From: Alphaproteobacteria bacterium
GTDB lineage: Bacteria; Pseudomonadota; Alphaproteobacteria; Rs-D84
Direction: 5' to 3'
DNA length: 64,000 nucleotides
NCBI GenBank assembly: GCA_033345275.1
Contig: JAWPOF010000007.1
Coordinates: 100,636-164,635 of the forward strand
Below are positions 1-10,091 of this stretch, in pieces. Under the pieces are notes generated by a model. The model saw nothing but the letters and a program-made list of their open reading frames with translations. It did not search any database and was not told where the DNA came from. The stretch's first letter is position 1. Each line of letters opens with the position of its first letter. The translations under genes and the position numbers were made by a program.

Positions 1-656
1 ACCCTAAAATCATCTTCCAAAGAAATATTTTTAGGGGCTAATAATTGATTCACTGACGAAATGTTTTTGTGTCTAGTGCTACCTGCAACTTCAACGCTTT
101 TGCTTTTCAGCATTTTGTCTATCATTTCACCTATTGTAATTTTCTCAAATCGTTGTGCGCGTTGGCAAGGCAAATAAATTGCACCATTCGCGCCAGGTAA
201 CATATTGGAAATTACGAAAGAATCGCGCCCTAAAGCATCTGTAACAGACAAACCATTTTTGCTAAGTTCTAACTTTTTATTGAACATGAAGTCTTCTTCT
301 ACTGCACCCAAAAGTTTATCGCCACCTTCACGGTCTAACAATGCTATCTTATTGCCTATATGCTGCGCAACAGAAGCTTGAGATTGTTTTAGCCGCATTG
401 CCAATGTTTCAGGTGTTCCGCTCTTGCTTTTATATAGCTTATCTAAATTGGTTGCTGCTTGTGTAATCAGTTCTGCGTCAGATAATTTGTTCATTTCCTG
501 GTTTTGCAACCAATAATCTGCCTTCAATTGAATTTCTGTTATTTTAGTTTCGTCCGACAGGTCTTCAATTTGCTTTTTAGTCAATGTGGCCTTTCCGTTA
601 TTGTACCACCTAGCAAATGCGGCCAATTCTTCTGGTGTCATATCTTTGTAAGTCAT
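1..656 (-). CDS. hypothetical protein, N-terminal part only (continues beyond window start)
   Basis: Hand translation of minus strand from ATG at 656-654 (MTYKDMTPEELAAFARWYNNGKATLTKKQIEDLSDE...) reads open to position 1 with no stop; not in ORF table because it is truncated by the window edge. No family recognised. Confidence 0.4.
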   Translation of the reverse strand, partial: MTYKDMTPEELAAFARWYNNGKATLTKKQIEDLSDETKITEIQLKADYWLQNQEMNKLSDAELITQAATNLDKLYKSKSGTPETLAMRLKQSQASVAQHIGNKIALLDREGGDKLLGAVEEDFMFNKKLELSKNGLSVTDALGRDSFVISNMLPGANGAIYLPCQRAQRFEKITIGEMIDKMLKSKSVEVAGSTRHKNISSVNQLLAPKNISLEDDFR

Positions 657-979
657 CACAGGCCTTTTTATTCTTCTTGCCCTAGCTAAGGCAACACGCA
701 AATCAGTAGTCCCTAGAGACCGCCGAATTGATTTATATTTACCGTTACTTTGTTTTACATCTAATCTAAAATAAAATATGCCGTTGCGCAACACTAGATT
801 TTTTGTTTCACGTCCCAAATTCCGTCTCAACAGTTTTGCCCCATTTTACTAAATGTTGTTCAATGAGACACAAAAGTGGTATAATGTGCTGATTTTACAA
901 GAAAAACATTTGACTTTTGCCTATAAATAAGAAATACTGTTTCTATCTAAAGAAACAGCATTCCCTATTAGTATAAATC

Positions 980-1070
980 TGGCGGAGACGAAGGGATTTG
1001 AACCCTTGATACGGGGTTGCCGTATACACGATTTCGAGTCGCGCGCATTCAACCGCTCTGCCACGTCTCC
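980..1070 (-). tRNA. tRNA-Ser (anticodon CGA), class II with long variable arm
   Basis: Reverse complement folds as GGAGACG acceptor, 3-bp D-stem, anticodon stem CGCGA/TCGTG with loop CTCGAAA, long variable arm, T-arm GGGTTCAAATCCC, 3' GCCA. Confidence 0.8.
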
Positions 1071-1119
1071 AGCACGGCGCATTATACATGTCAAAAAATC
1101 TTTTTGCAAGGTGAAATAA

Positions 1120-1482
1120 TTGCGTTATACTGACTGTATGGAAAAAACATTTAATGCAAAGGTTTACGAGACTGTTTCGCGCATACCATATGGGCGTGTT
1201 GCAACATTTGGTCAAATCGCAGCAATGATTGGCCGTCCGCGTATGGCGCGTTTTGTTGGTTATGCTTCTAATAATAAAAACAGTTGGCATTTACCGTGGC
1301 ACCGCGTTGTGTTCAAGGATGGTTCACTGTGCTGTGGTATGGCAACTGAACAATACCGCGCACTAAAATCCGAAGGTGTAAAATTCACCCCAGAAAAGAC
1401 GGTCATTATGTCTGAATATCAGTGGGACCCTGAACGCGACGGCGTGCCCATGGATATACGTGATTTTCCGCTGGTATTTTAA
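1120..1482 (+). CDS. alkyltransferase-like (ATL) / MGMT-family DNA-binding protein; active-site Cys replaced by Trp (PWHRV). Alternative start at 1138 (MEKTF...)
   Basis: Motifs RIPYGRVATFGQIA and LPWHRVV match the O6-alkylguanine-DNA alkyltransferase C-terminal domain, with Trp in place of the acceptor Cys as in Atl/YbaZ-type proteins. Confidence 0.6.
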   Translation: MRYTDCMEKTFNAKVYETVSRIPYGRVATFGQIAAMIGRPRMARFVGYASNNKNSWHLPWHRVVFKDGSLCCGMATEQYRALKSEGVKFTPEKTVIMSEYQWDPERDGVPMDIRDFPLVF

Positions 1483-1514
1483 ACCAGAAACATACTGGAC
1501 GGTCTGCGCCCGGA

Positions 1515-2243
1515 TTATTTTTTTTCAGATTTTTGTTTTCTGATTTTGCTAAAAATAACATCTTTATTCAGCTTTTTGTATGTCATGAACCAAGGGGTTT
1601 GTTTGTGGGCGCGCATTTGTTTTACGGTTGTTGGGGCAGGTTGTAAAACATCGTTGCCTGGCATCCAGTTCGCGCCTGTGGCAACCCCAAAGGTGTCGCC
1701 GGTCTGTAATCCAACAATCATTCGTTTGATTTCATCTATGTTACGCCCCAGAACTGCCGGATAGTACAATATGGCACGTATGGTCTCTTGCGGGTCAATA
1801 ATAAACACGGCGCGCACAGCATGCGTACTTGACATGTCGGGATGAATCATTCCGTATATTTGAGCAATTTTTCCGCTTAAATCATCAATCAAAGGAAATG
1901 TTATTGCTACGCCATTTTTCATTGTTGCAATCGCTTCAATCCATGCCAGGTGCGAAGACAATGCGCCAACAGACAGTCCGATTAATTGCACGTTTAGTTT
2001 TTCGAATTCATCCAATTCGCGCTGAAAAGCAATAAATTCGGACGTGCAAACTGGTGTAAAATCTGATGGGTGTGAAAAGAAAACAATCCATTTGCCCTGA
2101 AAATCCCCAGGAAAGTCAATTGGGCCATTGGTTGTGCTGGCGCTAAATTTGGGTGCTTTGGCACCGATAAGGGGTATTGTTGGATTATTTGTACGATTTT
2201 CCGCACATTCGCCACATTCGTATAAATCGAATAAATCATCCAT
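1515..2243 (-). CDS. peroxiredoxin (1-Cys Prx6-like, AhpC/TSA family)
   Basis: Peroxidatic motif FTPVCTSEF in the ORF translation; start trimmed to the internal Met (MDDLF...). Confidence 0.7.
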   Translation of the reverse strand: MDDLFDLYECGECAENRTNNPTIPLIGAKAPKFSASTTNGPIDFPGDFQGKWIVFFSHPSDFTPVCTSEFIAFQRELDEFEKLNVQLIGLSVGALSSHLAWIEAIATMKNGVAITFPLIDDLSGKIAQIYGMIHPDMSSTHAVRAVFIIDPQETIRAILYYPAVLGRNIDEIKRMIVGLQTGDTFGVATGANWMPGNDVLQPAPTTVKQMRAHKQTPWFMTYKKLNKDVIFSKIRKQKSEKK

Positions 2244-2398
2244 GCTTTTTCTCCTTTGGCATATAGAAAACAATATCATTTTTGGCTAATTTTGGTCACA
2301 GGAACGTATTCCGAACAAATAAAAAACTTTATTCTTGATAAAATATGCTAAGATATTAAGATGTAAACAATAAAGGGCAACAACAAAGGATATAAAAT

Positions 2399-2680
2399 AT
2401 GAAAAGGTCAGACATTGTACGTTCTATTCAGGTTCGGTTCAAACACATGCGCGCGAATGATGCTGCAGCTATTTTGGATACGGTATCGGACCATATGATT
2501 GAATCTGTTGCTAACGGCGATCGTATTGAAATTCGTGGTTTTGGCACGTTTCAGCCACGCGCCCGCGCAACAAAAATTGGTTATAACCCCTGTACGGGTC
2601 AACCTATGCCGTTGCCGGCCAGTACGACAATTTTGTTTAAGCCCAGTCGCGAATTAACCAAAAAAATGAATGGACAGTAA
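2399..2680 (+). CDS. ihfB: integration host factor beta-like / HU-family DNA-binding protein
   Basis: 93 aa with GDRIEIRGFGTFQPRARATKIGYNPCTGQ and a C-terminal FKPSRELTK, resembling IHF-beta (GERIEIRGFGSF...FKPGKELR). Confidence 0.65.
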   Translation: MKRSDIVRSIQVRFKHMRANDAAAILDTVSDHMIESVANGDRIEIRGFGTFQPRARATKIGYNPCTGQPMPLPASTTILFKPSRELTKKMNGQ

Positions 2681-2682
2681 TT

Positions 2683-4419
2683 ATGTTGTTTGGTAAAAAA
2701 TCGGGCATAAAAAATCGAAATCGCGAACGATACGAGCGCGTCCGTCGCCTGATGTGGATAAAATGCGAATCGTGCGGTAAATTGGTTTATTATAAAGACT
2801 ACAAAGATAACAAATACATTTGCCCCAGTTGTGGTCGTGCATTTATCATGACCCCGAAACAACGGTTTGATTTATTGTTTGACGACAATACATGGGAAAA
2901 ATTAACACCGCCGACAGTATCTGATGATCCGTTGTGTTTTGTTGATCGTGTTGCATATACCCAGCGTCTGAACGAAGCGCGCGATGAAACAGGTTGTTAC
3001 GACGCTGTGTCAACGGCCGATGGTATGATAGGTGGTGTCCCTTCAACGATATGCGTGCTGAATGGTCTTTTTATGATGGGGTCTATGGGGCGCGCTGCGG
3101 GTGATGCAATTGTTGCTGCTATCGAGCATGCGATTTCAGAACATCGTCCATTTATTATGGTTACATCCAGTGGCGGTGCACGCATGCAGGAAAATATACT
3201 GTCATTAATGCAAATGGCGCGCACAGTGGCGGCGGTTAACAAACTGCACGCAAACGGCGTTCCGTACATTGTTTTATTAACAGACCCGACATTTGGCGGA
3301 GTAACGGCGTCTTTCGCGATGTTGGGCGATATTCATATTGCGGAAAAGGGTGCGCGTATTGGTTTTGCGGGGCGCCGTGTTATCGAGCAGAATATACGTG
3401 AAAAACTGCCGTCTAATTTCCAGACAGCGGAATATTTGTATGAGCATGGTATGGTTGATATGGTTGTCGCGCGCAGCGATTTGCATGACACAATTGCCAA
3501 GATTTTAGCGGTATTAACCAAGCAGGAACGCACCCCAAAACAAATCGTTGCCACAACACCTGCACACGATGCATCAAAGAAGATACGTGGCATGGGCGAG
3601 AATGAGGCCTATGACAAAGTGTTATTGGCGCGTCATGAAAATCGTCCACATTTCTTGGATTATATTAACAGTATTGTTGACGACTGGACATACTTGGCGG
3701 GCGACAGGTTATATTCCGAGGATGCGGCAATGGGTTCCGGTATTGGATTTTGGCGTGGTTTTCCTGCGGTAATTATTGGTCAAGAACAGGGGCGTACAAT
3801 CGAAACCCGTCAAAAACATCGTTTTGGCATGGCGAATCCTGACGGCTATCGCAAGGCGATTCGTATGATGAAGCTGGCTGAAAAATTCCAGTTGCCTTTG
3901 ATTTCATTGTTTGATACGGCGGGCGCATTTGCCGGTCGCGAGGGCGAGGAACGCGGTCAGTCCCAGGCGGTCGCATCGTCAATTGCTGCGGGGTTGTCTA
4001 TGCGCGCGCCATATATCGCTGTGAACACAGGTCAGGGCGGTTCCGGGGGCGCAATAGCAATTGGTACTGGCGACCGTATTTTGATGATGGAAAACGCTAT
4101 TTATTCAGTTATTGCGCCAGAATCTTGTGCCAGCATTTTGTGGCGCGACAATAAATATCGCGCAACCGCATCTGCTGCCATGAAATTGACCGCGCGCGAC
4201 ATGGCGGACATGAACGTTATTGACGAGATTATTCATGAGCCTGCGGGTGGCGCACACACAGATTGGCAAACAACGATGGAATTACTAGCGACCGCCGTGG
4301 CCGAGCATATTGCTCAATTGCAAAAAATTCCAATCGAAGAATTGCCGGCACGTCGCGGGGACAAGTTTCTGGCAATGACTCGTGATGTCGAGATTTATCA
4401 ACCCGAACACATAGGGTAA
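2683..4419 (+). CDS. accD: acetyl-CoA carboxylase carboxyltransferase, fused beta (AccD, Zn-ribbon CxxC..CxxC) and alpha (AccA) subunits in one 578-aa polypeptide
   Basis: N-terminal half has CESCGK...CPSCG zinc finger and an AccD-like crotonase fold (GSMGRAAGDAI...SSGGARMQE). C-terminal half is AccA-like (RPHFLDYI..., ANPDGYRKA, TAGAFAGREGEERGQ, SGGAIAIG). Confidence 0.8.
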   Translation: MLFGKKSGIKNRNRERYERVRRLMWIKCESCGKLVYYKDYKDNKYICPSCGRAFIMTPKQRFDLLFDDNTWEKLTPPTVSDDPLCFVDRVAYTQRLNEARDETGCYDAVSTADGMIGGVPSTICVLNGLFMMGSMGRAAGDAIVAAIEHAISEHRPFIMVTSSGGARMQENILSLMQMARTVAAVNKLHANGVPYIVLLTDPTFGGVTASFAMLGDIHIAEKGARIGFAGRRVIEQNIREKLPSNFQTAEYLYEHGMVDMVVARSDLHDTIAKILAVLTKQERTPKQIVATTPAHDASKKIRGMGENEAYDKVLLARHENRPHFLDYINSIVDDWTYLAGDRLYSEDAAMGSGIGFWRGFPAVIIGQEQGRTIETRQKHRFGMANPDGYRKAIRMMKLAEKFQLPLISLFDTAGAFAGREGEERGQSQAVASSIAAGLSMRAPYIAVNTGQGGSGGAIAIGTGDRILMMENAIYSVIAPESCASILWRDNKYRATASAAMKLTARDMADMNVIDEIIHEPAGGAHTDWQTTMELLATAVAEHIAQLQKIPIEELPARRGDKFLAMTRDVEIYQPEHIG

Positions 4420-4425
4420 GAACAA

Positions 4426-4452
4426 TAAAAAAACGCCGTTTGGCGTTTTTTT
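4426..4452. terminator. bidirectional rho-independent terminator between convergent accDA and sodB
   Basis: aaaaaaacgccgtttggcgttttttt: GC hairpin flanked by A-run and T-run. Confidence 0.6.
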
Positions 4453-5041
4453 ATTGTTGCAAATTTTTCGCAACAAAATCCCAGTTAACCAGGTTGTCCA
4501 AAAAGGCGTCAATAAAATCTGCGCGTTTGTTTTTATAGTCTAAATAATATGCATGCTCCCACACGTCCAGATTTAATACAGGTTTCATATCATGCGCGAT
4601 TGGCGAGTCTGCATTGGCGGTATTCACAATTTTAAGTTTATTATCGGCATCGCGCACTAACCACGTGTATCCACTGCCAAAAATCGATAAAGCAGCGGCT
4701 TTGAATTGCTTGTTAAAGTTTTCTTTGCTGCCAAATTGCGCTATGATTTCATCTGGAATTTGCGCAGAGCATTTTTTGCACATTCCATGAAAGAAAAAAT
4801 CATGATTATAAACCTGTGCAGCATTATTGAATATTTTTTGTTCTTCCGGCTTGCCTGCGGATTGTTGAATAATTTCTTCCAAAGAAACTTTTTGATACGG
4901 GGTATTTTCGATTAGATTATTCAGGTTGTCAATATACCCCGCCACATGTTTTCCATAATGGGTTTCAATTGTCTCTTGGGAAATATACGGAGCCAAAGCA
5001 TCCATAGTATACGGCAGTGGAAATTGCGCTAATGCGAACAT
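4451..5041 (-). CDS. sodB: Fe/Mn superoxide dismutase
   Basis: 196 aa; HHxKHH-like N-terminus (THYGKHVAGY), DVWEHAYY metal-binding motif. Confidence 0.8.
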   Translation of the reverse strand: MFALAQFPLPYTMDALAPYISQETIETHYGKHVAGYIDNLNNLIENTPYQKVSLEEIIQQSAGKPEEQKIFNNAAQVYNHDFFFHGMCKKCSAQIPDEIIAQFGSKENFNKQFKAAALSIFGSGYTWLVRDADNKLKIVNTANADSPIAHDMKPVLNLDVWEHAYYLDYKNKRADFIDAFLDNLVNWDFVAKNLQQ

Positions 5042-5172
5042 GTTTTTCTCCTTAATTTTTTGCTAAGATAATGGCACTTTGTCTGCCTAATAGCAACAGG
5101 AAATATTTATTAAAAATTGCTTGCGCGCACATAAAAATATTTTCTATAATTAACTATCGAAAGGAGTTAATT

Positions 5173-5760
5173 ATGGCAAAAACATCATTTTTATCTGCAT
5201 TTTTAGTTTTAAGTTTTATTAACGCGGTATCTGCGGCTGATGTCACAATTTATTATTCACCATCATGCCCACATTGTCATCATGCGCGCGACTTCATATC
5301 CAATACATTGGTTTACGAATACCCAGAAATCAAAGTCACAGCAGTCAATGTTATGGAACAAGAAAATCTGCCAATGTTCCAAGAAGCGTTGCAAAAGTGC
5401 AAATTTGAATCCGGTGGTGTACCTGTGATTATTATTGGTGACAAATGTGAACAGGGGTATGCGGATGCTATGCAGGACACATTGCGGGGGCATGTCGAAT
5501 CGGATATGACTGACGAACAAAAGGCTTCAGCAGCAGAAAATAAAGCTGCAATGGCAACAGATGCAGAAAAGTTCAAATTTGAACATTCTGATCGCGCAAA
5601 CGCAATTGTTGAATACAGCGCAACCGCGGCTCAGGAATCAGAATCAGCGCAGTCCGTAAAAAAAAATGAAGATGGCAGCACTATTTGGTTCTGGGTGTTG
5701 TTGATTGTCTTGGTCGCTGGACTGGGATACGTTTTAGTTCGCAAAGACAACAAAAAATAA
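5173..5760 (+). CDS. secreted thioredoxin-fold protein (CPHC active site) with C-terminal membrane anchor
   Basis: Signal-like N-terminus MAKTSFLSAFLVLSFINAVSA, YYSPSCPHCH redox motif, C-terminal hydrophobic IWFWVLLIVLVAGLGYVLV. Start chosen at the internal Met preceded by aaggag. Confidence 0.5.
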   Translation: MAKTSFLSAFLVLSFINAVSAADVTIYYSPSCPHCHHARDFISNTLVYEYPEIKVTAVNVMEQENLPMFQEALQKCKFESGGVPVIIIGDKCEQGYADAMQDTLRGHVESDMTDEQKASAAENKAAMATDAEKFKFEHSDRANAIVEYSATAAQESESAQSVKKNEDGSTIWFWVLLIVLVAGLGYVLVRKDNKK

Positions 5761-5781
5761 TATCTGAATCGGAACAGGCAT

Positions 5782-6564
5782 ATGTTTGATTTAACGACTC
5801 TTGATTATGTTTATGTAGGTGTCATATTAGTGTCCACGATTTGGGCAACTGTTCGTGGTGGCGTTTATGAAACGATTGCGACGCTGTCATGGGTTGTTGC
5901 TGCGATTTCAGCGCGTTTTGCATCCCCTTGGTTGGACAAAGTATTGCAGTCGTGGTTTGATTTGTCGGATTCGACTGTTGGCACGCTGGTTGCATCATAC
6001 TTTATAATATTTTTTGCGATATTAATGTTGGCGGTTTTTTTGAATCAAAAATTGCGCGACAGAATCCAAGACAGTATTATGAATGTGACCGACAAAACAT
6101 TAGGGGTAATTTTCGGCATAATTCGTGGCGTAGTTGCGATGGGGATATTTTATTGGGGGGCGTTATGGTATTATTCAGATGTACCATTTTTGCCGGACTG
6201 GCTGTCCCAGGCGCGGACACGTCCAATAATGCAAATTGCAGCGGTAAAACTGGACGATTGGTTTATCCCTGGGCCAGAAAATAAATTGTTGGCGCGTGAT
6301 GTGGCGGGCACGCACGAAGCCCTAGAAATTTATAACAATCTTATAAATCCGGCCATTTCTGGTGCGTCTGAACCCGCCGAACCAATCCAACCCGCACAAT
6401 CAGATACGCTTGTTCCTGTCGAGGAACCGGAACCCGAAACCGGCTATAAATCATCAGAACGTGCAGCGTTGGAAAATCAGTTGTTACAGATTGAAACTGT
6501 TGCCCAGGCCGTCGAAGAACGTATCGATTCAGAAGCCGCGGCGACCGATTTAGTCACAGAATAA
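5782..6564 (+). CDS. cvpA: CvpA-family membrane protein (colicin V production protein-like)
   Basis: Four predicted TM helices in the N-terminal 160 aa, acidic/Pro-rich tail; typical CvpA architecture. Confidence 0.5.
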   Translation: MFDLTTLDYVYVGVILVSTIWATVRGGVYETIATLSWVVAAISARFASPWLDKVLQSWFDLSDSTVGTLVASYFIIFFAILMLAVFLNQKLRDRIQDSIMNVTDKTLGVIFGIIRGVVAMGIFYWGALWYYSDVPFLPDWLSQARTRPIMQIAAVKLDDWFIPGPENKLLARDVAGTHEALEIYNNLINPAISGASEPAEPIQPAQSDTLVPVEEPEPETGYKSSERAALENQLLQIETVAQAVEERIDSEAAATDLVTE

Positions 6565-6821
6565 TAAAATTCCCCAATTATTTGGGGGGATTATTATCTT
6601 GATTTTATTCACAAAAGCGCTAATATGCGAAAGGAACAGACAGAATAATGGTCAAGATGTCTGAATTTGAATTTATCCCTGTGTCATTATGATTGAAAAT
6701 AAAATATCATGGGGGCAAACCAAGCCTCGCGACCACAGATTCACTGCAAATAAAGAAACTTTCTTTATTAGTAATGAATTTAGTGGTCGTGAAAACGATA
6801 AACACAAAAAAAGGATTATAA

Positions 6822-8618
6822 ATGGTAAAAGTAAAAGAAAAAAAGACCGCGCCATCCAAAGCGGACGCGCCCATAACACCCAAAGCGATTAAGGGTATGA
6901 ACAAACATGAAACAGATGCCAACGATGATAAAGTTTATTTTATGGCGTTGGGCGGCCTGGAACATATCGGCCAGAATATGTATTTATATAAATATCGCGG
7001 CAAATTTTTGGTCGTAGATTGTGGTATGGGATTTTTAGACGAAGAAATTGGGGCAGGGGATGTTCAATACTGTGACACAACCTGGCTAGAAAAACGCAAG
7101 AAAGACGTTATCGGCTTTGTAATCACGCACGGGCACGAAGACCACATCGGTGCATTAAAATATATCTGGCCAAAAATCAGAAAGCCTATTTATTGTACCC
7201 GTTTTCCGGCGGAAATTTTGCGTCGCACATTTGCGGGCATAGAAATGGATTTTGACCCACAGCACGATATAATAGAGTTCGACCATAACGGTGCGACATT
7301 GGATTTGGCGCCATTTACGGTCGAAACATTTCATGTCACTCACAGTGTGCCCGAGGCTCAGATGCTGATTATCAACACAGGTGCGGGCAAGATTTTGCAT
7401 ACAGGTGACTGGACATTTAACGATGATATTCCAATCGAAGCTCCAACAGATTTCGCGCGTTTAATGGAAATAGGTTCTGATCCAAAATTATTGGCATGTA
7501 TGTGTGATTCTACAAATTCATCGCGACAGACCAAACAGACTACCGAGACCCAGGTTCGCGAAACTTTGACTGAAATTATGAAGAATGCACCAGGTCGTGT
7601 ATTGGTGACGGGTTATTCTCGCAGTATTGCGCGCATTAAAATGTTCTCGCAAGCTGCGCGTGCCGCGGGACGAGTTGCCGCAATAAAAGAGCGCAGCAAT
7701 CCAAACCCTGTACCGTATGTTGGGTTGCCGGAATTTCGTGAAATGGGGATTAAGTTCGGTTATTTGGACAAAGACGATGTTTATCTGCATAATGAAATCA
7801 AAGATTTGCCTGCAGAAAAACAGGCTATATTCCTGACTGGTTCCCAGGGCGAAAAATTTGCGATGTTGACACGCTTGTGTCATGGCCAGGTCAAGGAATT
7901 AAAGTTAATGCCAACTGACACAGTTGTTTTCAGCGCAATTATTATCCCAGGGCGTGAACAGGATGTGTCGTATTTGTATAACAAATTGGCGCGTATGGGT
8001 GTCAAAACTCACACAATCTTTGATACGGACAATCTGCACGCCAGTGGCCACGCTGGACGTCCAGAATTGGAAAAGTTTTATGATATGGTTCATCCCCAGG
8101 TGTCTGTTCCAATGCATGGTGATTACATCAATGAAATGTTGAACGGCAAAATGGCGATGGAGCGCGGTGGCGCAAAGCATATGATGGTATTACATAATGG
8201 TGAAATGTTGGCGCTGGCTGATGGTGCAGAACCATATGTCGCAGAAACAATCGAAACCAGTTACGTTGTTATGGAAGGGGAAACAGAACGCAACGCCAAT
8301 GACCAGGTGTACAAGAATCGCAAGAAAATCGCTTCAAATGGCGCGGTGTTCGTGACATTACCTGTGGACAAACGTGGCTTTTTAAAAGGCTCGCCCGAGG
8401 TTTCCAGTGCAGGAATTTTTGAAACTGACGAAACAGGATTTATGAAGCGACAGATTCAAATTGAAATCGCGCGTGCAATTGATGGCCTGACCAAGGCCGA
8501 GCGCAAAGACAGGGACAATCTGGTTCGTGCGGTACAGATTGCCTCAAATAAAGTTGTGCGTGCAGCTTTGGGGTCAGATAAAAAACCACAATACAGCGTT
8601 CACTTTATCCAAAAATAA
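6822..8618 (+). CDS. rnj: ribonuclease J (metallo-beta-lactamase / beta-CASP RNase)
   Basis: VITHGHEDHIGAL metallo-beta-lactamase motif, beta-CASP region (HASGHA), about 560-aa core. Confidence 0.8.
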   Translation: MVKVKEKKTAPSKADAPITPKAIKGMNKHETDANDDKVYFMALGGLEHIGQNMYLYKYRGKFLVVDCGMGFLDEEIGAGDVQYCDTTWLEKRKKDVIGFVITHGHEDHIGALKYIWPKIRKPIYCTRFPAEILRRTFAGIEMDFDPQHDIIEFDHNGATLDLAPFTVETFHVTHSVPEAQMLIINTGAGKILHTGDWTFNDDIPIEAPTDFARLMEIGSDPKLLACMCDSTNSSRQTKQTTETQVRETLTEIMKNAPGRVLVTGYSRSIARIKMFSQAARAAGRVAAIKERSNPNPVPYVGLPEFREMGIKFGYLDKDDVYLHNEIKDLPAEKQAIFLTGSQGEKFAMLTRLCHGQVKELKLMPTDTVVFSAIIIPGREQDVSYLYNKLARMGVKTHTIFDTDNLHASGHAGRPELEKFYDMVHPQVSVPMHGDYINEMLNGKMAMERGGAKHMMVLHNGEMLALADGAEPYVAETIETSYVVMEGETERNANDQVYKNRKKIASNGAVFVTLPVDKRGFLKGSPEVSSAGIFETDETGFMKRQIQIEIARAIDGLTKAERKDRDNLVRAVQIASNKVVRAALGSDKKPQYSVHFIQK

Positions 8619-8620
8619 AA

Positions 8621-8650
8621 AATCCCCCCATTTTGGGGGATTTTTTTAAT
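8621..8650 (+). terminator. rho-independent terminator after rnj
   Basis: aaaaaatccccccattttgggggattttttt. Confidence 0.6.
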
Positions 8651-8774
8651 AAACTGGATAGTTGCGTGGAAACGATGGGTCAGGGCGCGCCAAATCAGAT
8701 TTTACCCCACAACCGGCCACAGTCAATATACTTATAAAAATAAAGCCAATAAATACCTTTTTCATATTGCAGAT

Positions 8775-8965
8775 TATACACCCAGTGCCACCAGCTGTCA
8801 ATTTGTTTAAAACTGGTTGTGGGGGGATAAGTTAGTTTTATTTCTAACACCATCTGATTTCTTATAAAAATCTTGCAGAAAACATAAAACAGTGGCGTTT
8901 TTTCTTGAAATTATGAATGGTGTATAATACAATACTGGTGTATAATATAAATAAAGGCTAAAACC
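8775..8965. repeat. about 190-bp direct repeat, copy 1 (partner at 9830-10020)
   Basis: cacccagtgccaccagctgtcaatttgtttaaaactggttgtg...cttataaaaatcttgcagaaaacataaaacagtggcgtttttt...gaaattatgaatggt.ataatacaatactggtgt.taatat.taaaggctaaaacccaatgcata is shared by both copies. Confidence 0.7.
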
Positions 8966-8967
8966 CA

Positions 8968-9168
8968 ATGCATAAACACACAGAAATTATCAGAGTTGGT
9001 TATAAAATATATATAATAACCAAAGCGACAGATAAAACATTTGTTGCAACAATGGGCTTGGGCACCAAAATAGAAACAAGAGTGTACAAATCAGAATTAG
9101 ATATGCCCTCTAAAGAACGGCTTAAAATAAGGATAGCAAGAATTTTTCAAAGAAAACATTTTAAATAA
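8968..9168 (+). CDS. hypothetical small protein (66 aa)
   Basis: ORF only; lies between the direct repeats; no recognisable family. Confidence 0.2.
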   Translation: MHKHTEIIRVGYKIYIITKATDKTFVATMGLGTKIETRVYKSELDMPSKERLKIRIARIFQRKHFK

Positions 9169-9408
9169 GGTAACAGATAATTAAAAACCACCTGTTTTTG
9201 GTGGTGTTTTTATGTTATTCATTTTTTCAATTTTTCAAAGGGGTGCACTCTTTATACTTAATCCTAAAACAATATTTTCAATCAAGATTTTTCTTTTTTT
9301 TTGCTACAATATTTATCATGCTTTTGATACCAATTTTCGCTTTATTTTTTTAATTTATTCCTTGCCAGAACCATAACCAATCTCTTGTTATATATATGAA
9401 GAATATCA

Positions 9409-9855
9409 TTATTTGCCACAACAAAATCTGTCAATTCTGTATTTTTTTTCAAGGAGTTGCCCTTTTGTTATGCTTAATTTCGGTGCATAAAAGATTTTTA
9501 ATTTTTTATTTTTACGTAAAAAATTATCCCCAACTTCCTGCAAAGCCGGCAGATTTAATTCAGTTAAACCCAGATTTTCAGGCATAACAAGGTCGCCAAT
9601 CTTTTTTAACTTTGGTGCATTAAAATACGCCAAGTTTATATTTTCTCTTAAAACGCCATTTCCAATTTTGTGTACATTAGGCAAATCCAATTCAGTTAAC
9701 ATCATATTTTCTTTCAAAAAAATAGCCCCTATGATTTCCACTTTTGGCGCATACAGTTTTGATAATGCAAGATTGTCTTTCAGGCAATAATCTGCAATTT
9801 TTTTCAATGATGGCAATTCCAATGCAGTTAAACACCCAGTGCCACCAGCTGTCAA
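9409..9855 (-). CDS. leucine-rich-repeat protein
   Basis: Tandem about 22-aa units (LxxLxLPxLxxIGxxxLxxNxxL...); its N-terminus is encoded inside repeat copy 2. Confidence 0.5.
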   Translation of the reverse strand: MTAGGTGCLTALELPSLKKIADYCLKDNLALSKLYAPKVEIIGAIFLKENMMLTELDLPNVHKIGNGVLRENINLAYFNAPKLKKIGDLVMPENLGLTELNLPALQEVGDNFLRKNKKLKIFYAPKLSITKGQLLEKKYRIDRFCCGK

Positions 9856-10020
9856 TTTGTTTAAAACTGGTTGTGTGTGGGGGGGATCGGATTTCTTATA
9901 AAAATCTTGCAGAAAACATAAAACAGTGGCGTTTTTTGGATATTTTTCTTGAAATTATGAATGGTTATAATACAATACTGGTGTGTAATATATATAAAGG
10001 CTAAAACCCAATGCATATGT
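9830..10020. repeat. about 190-bp direct repeat, copy 2
   Basis: See copy 1. Confidence 0.7.
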
Positions 10021-10091
10021 AATATTGTAATTTTTTTTCAAATCACACACAGAAATATGTGCTTGTTTAATTACAATACAAGGGTTTTATT

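Noticed and set aside
504-689. 61-aa plus-strand ORF 504-689
   Set aside because: It overlaps, on the opposite strand, the long open minus-strand frame that runs from 656 to the window start.
2846-4512. Antisense ORFs inside accDA, for example 2997-3269, 3333-3593, 3413-3649 and 3773-3982
   Set aside because: They sit entirely within a strongly supported sense-strand gene and have no motifs. They are a by-product of GC-rich codon positions.
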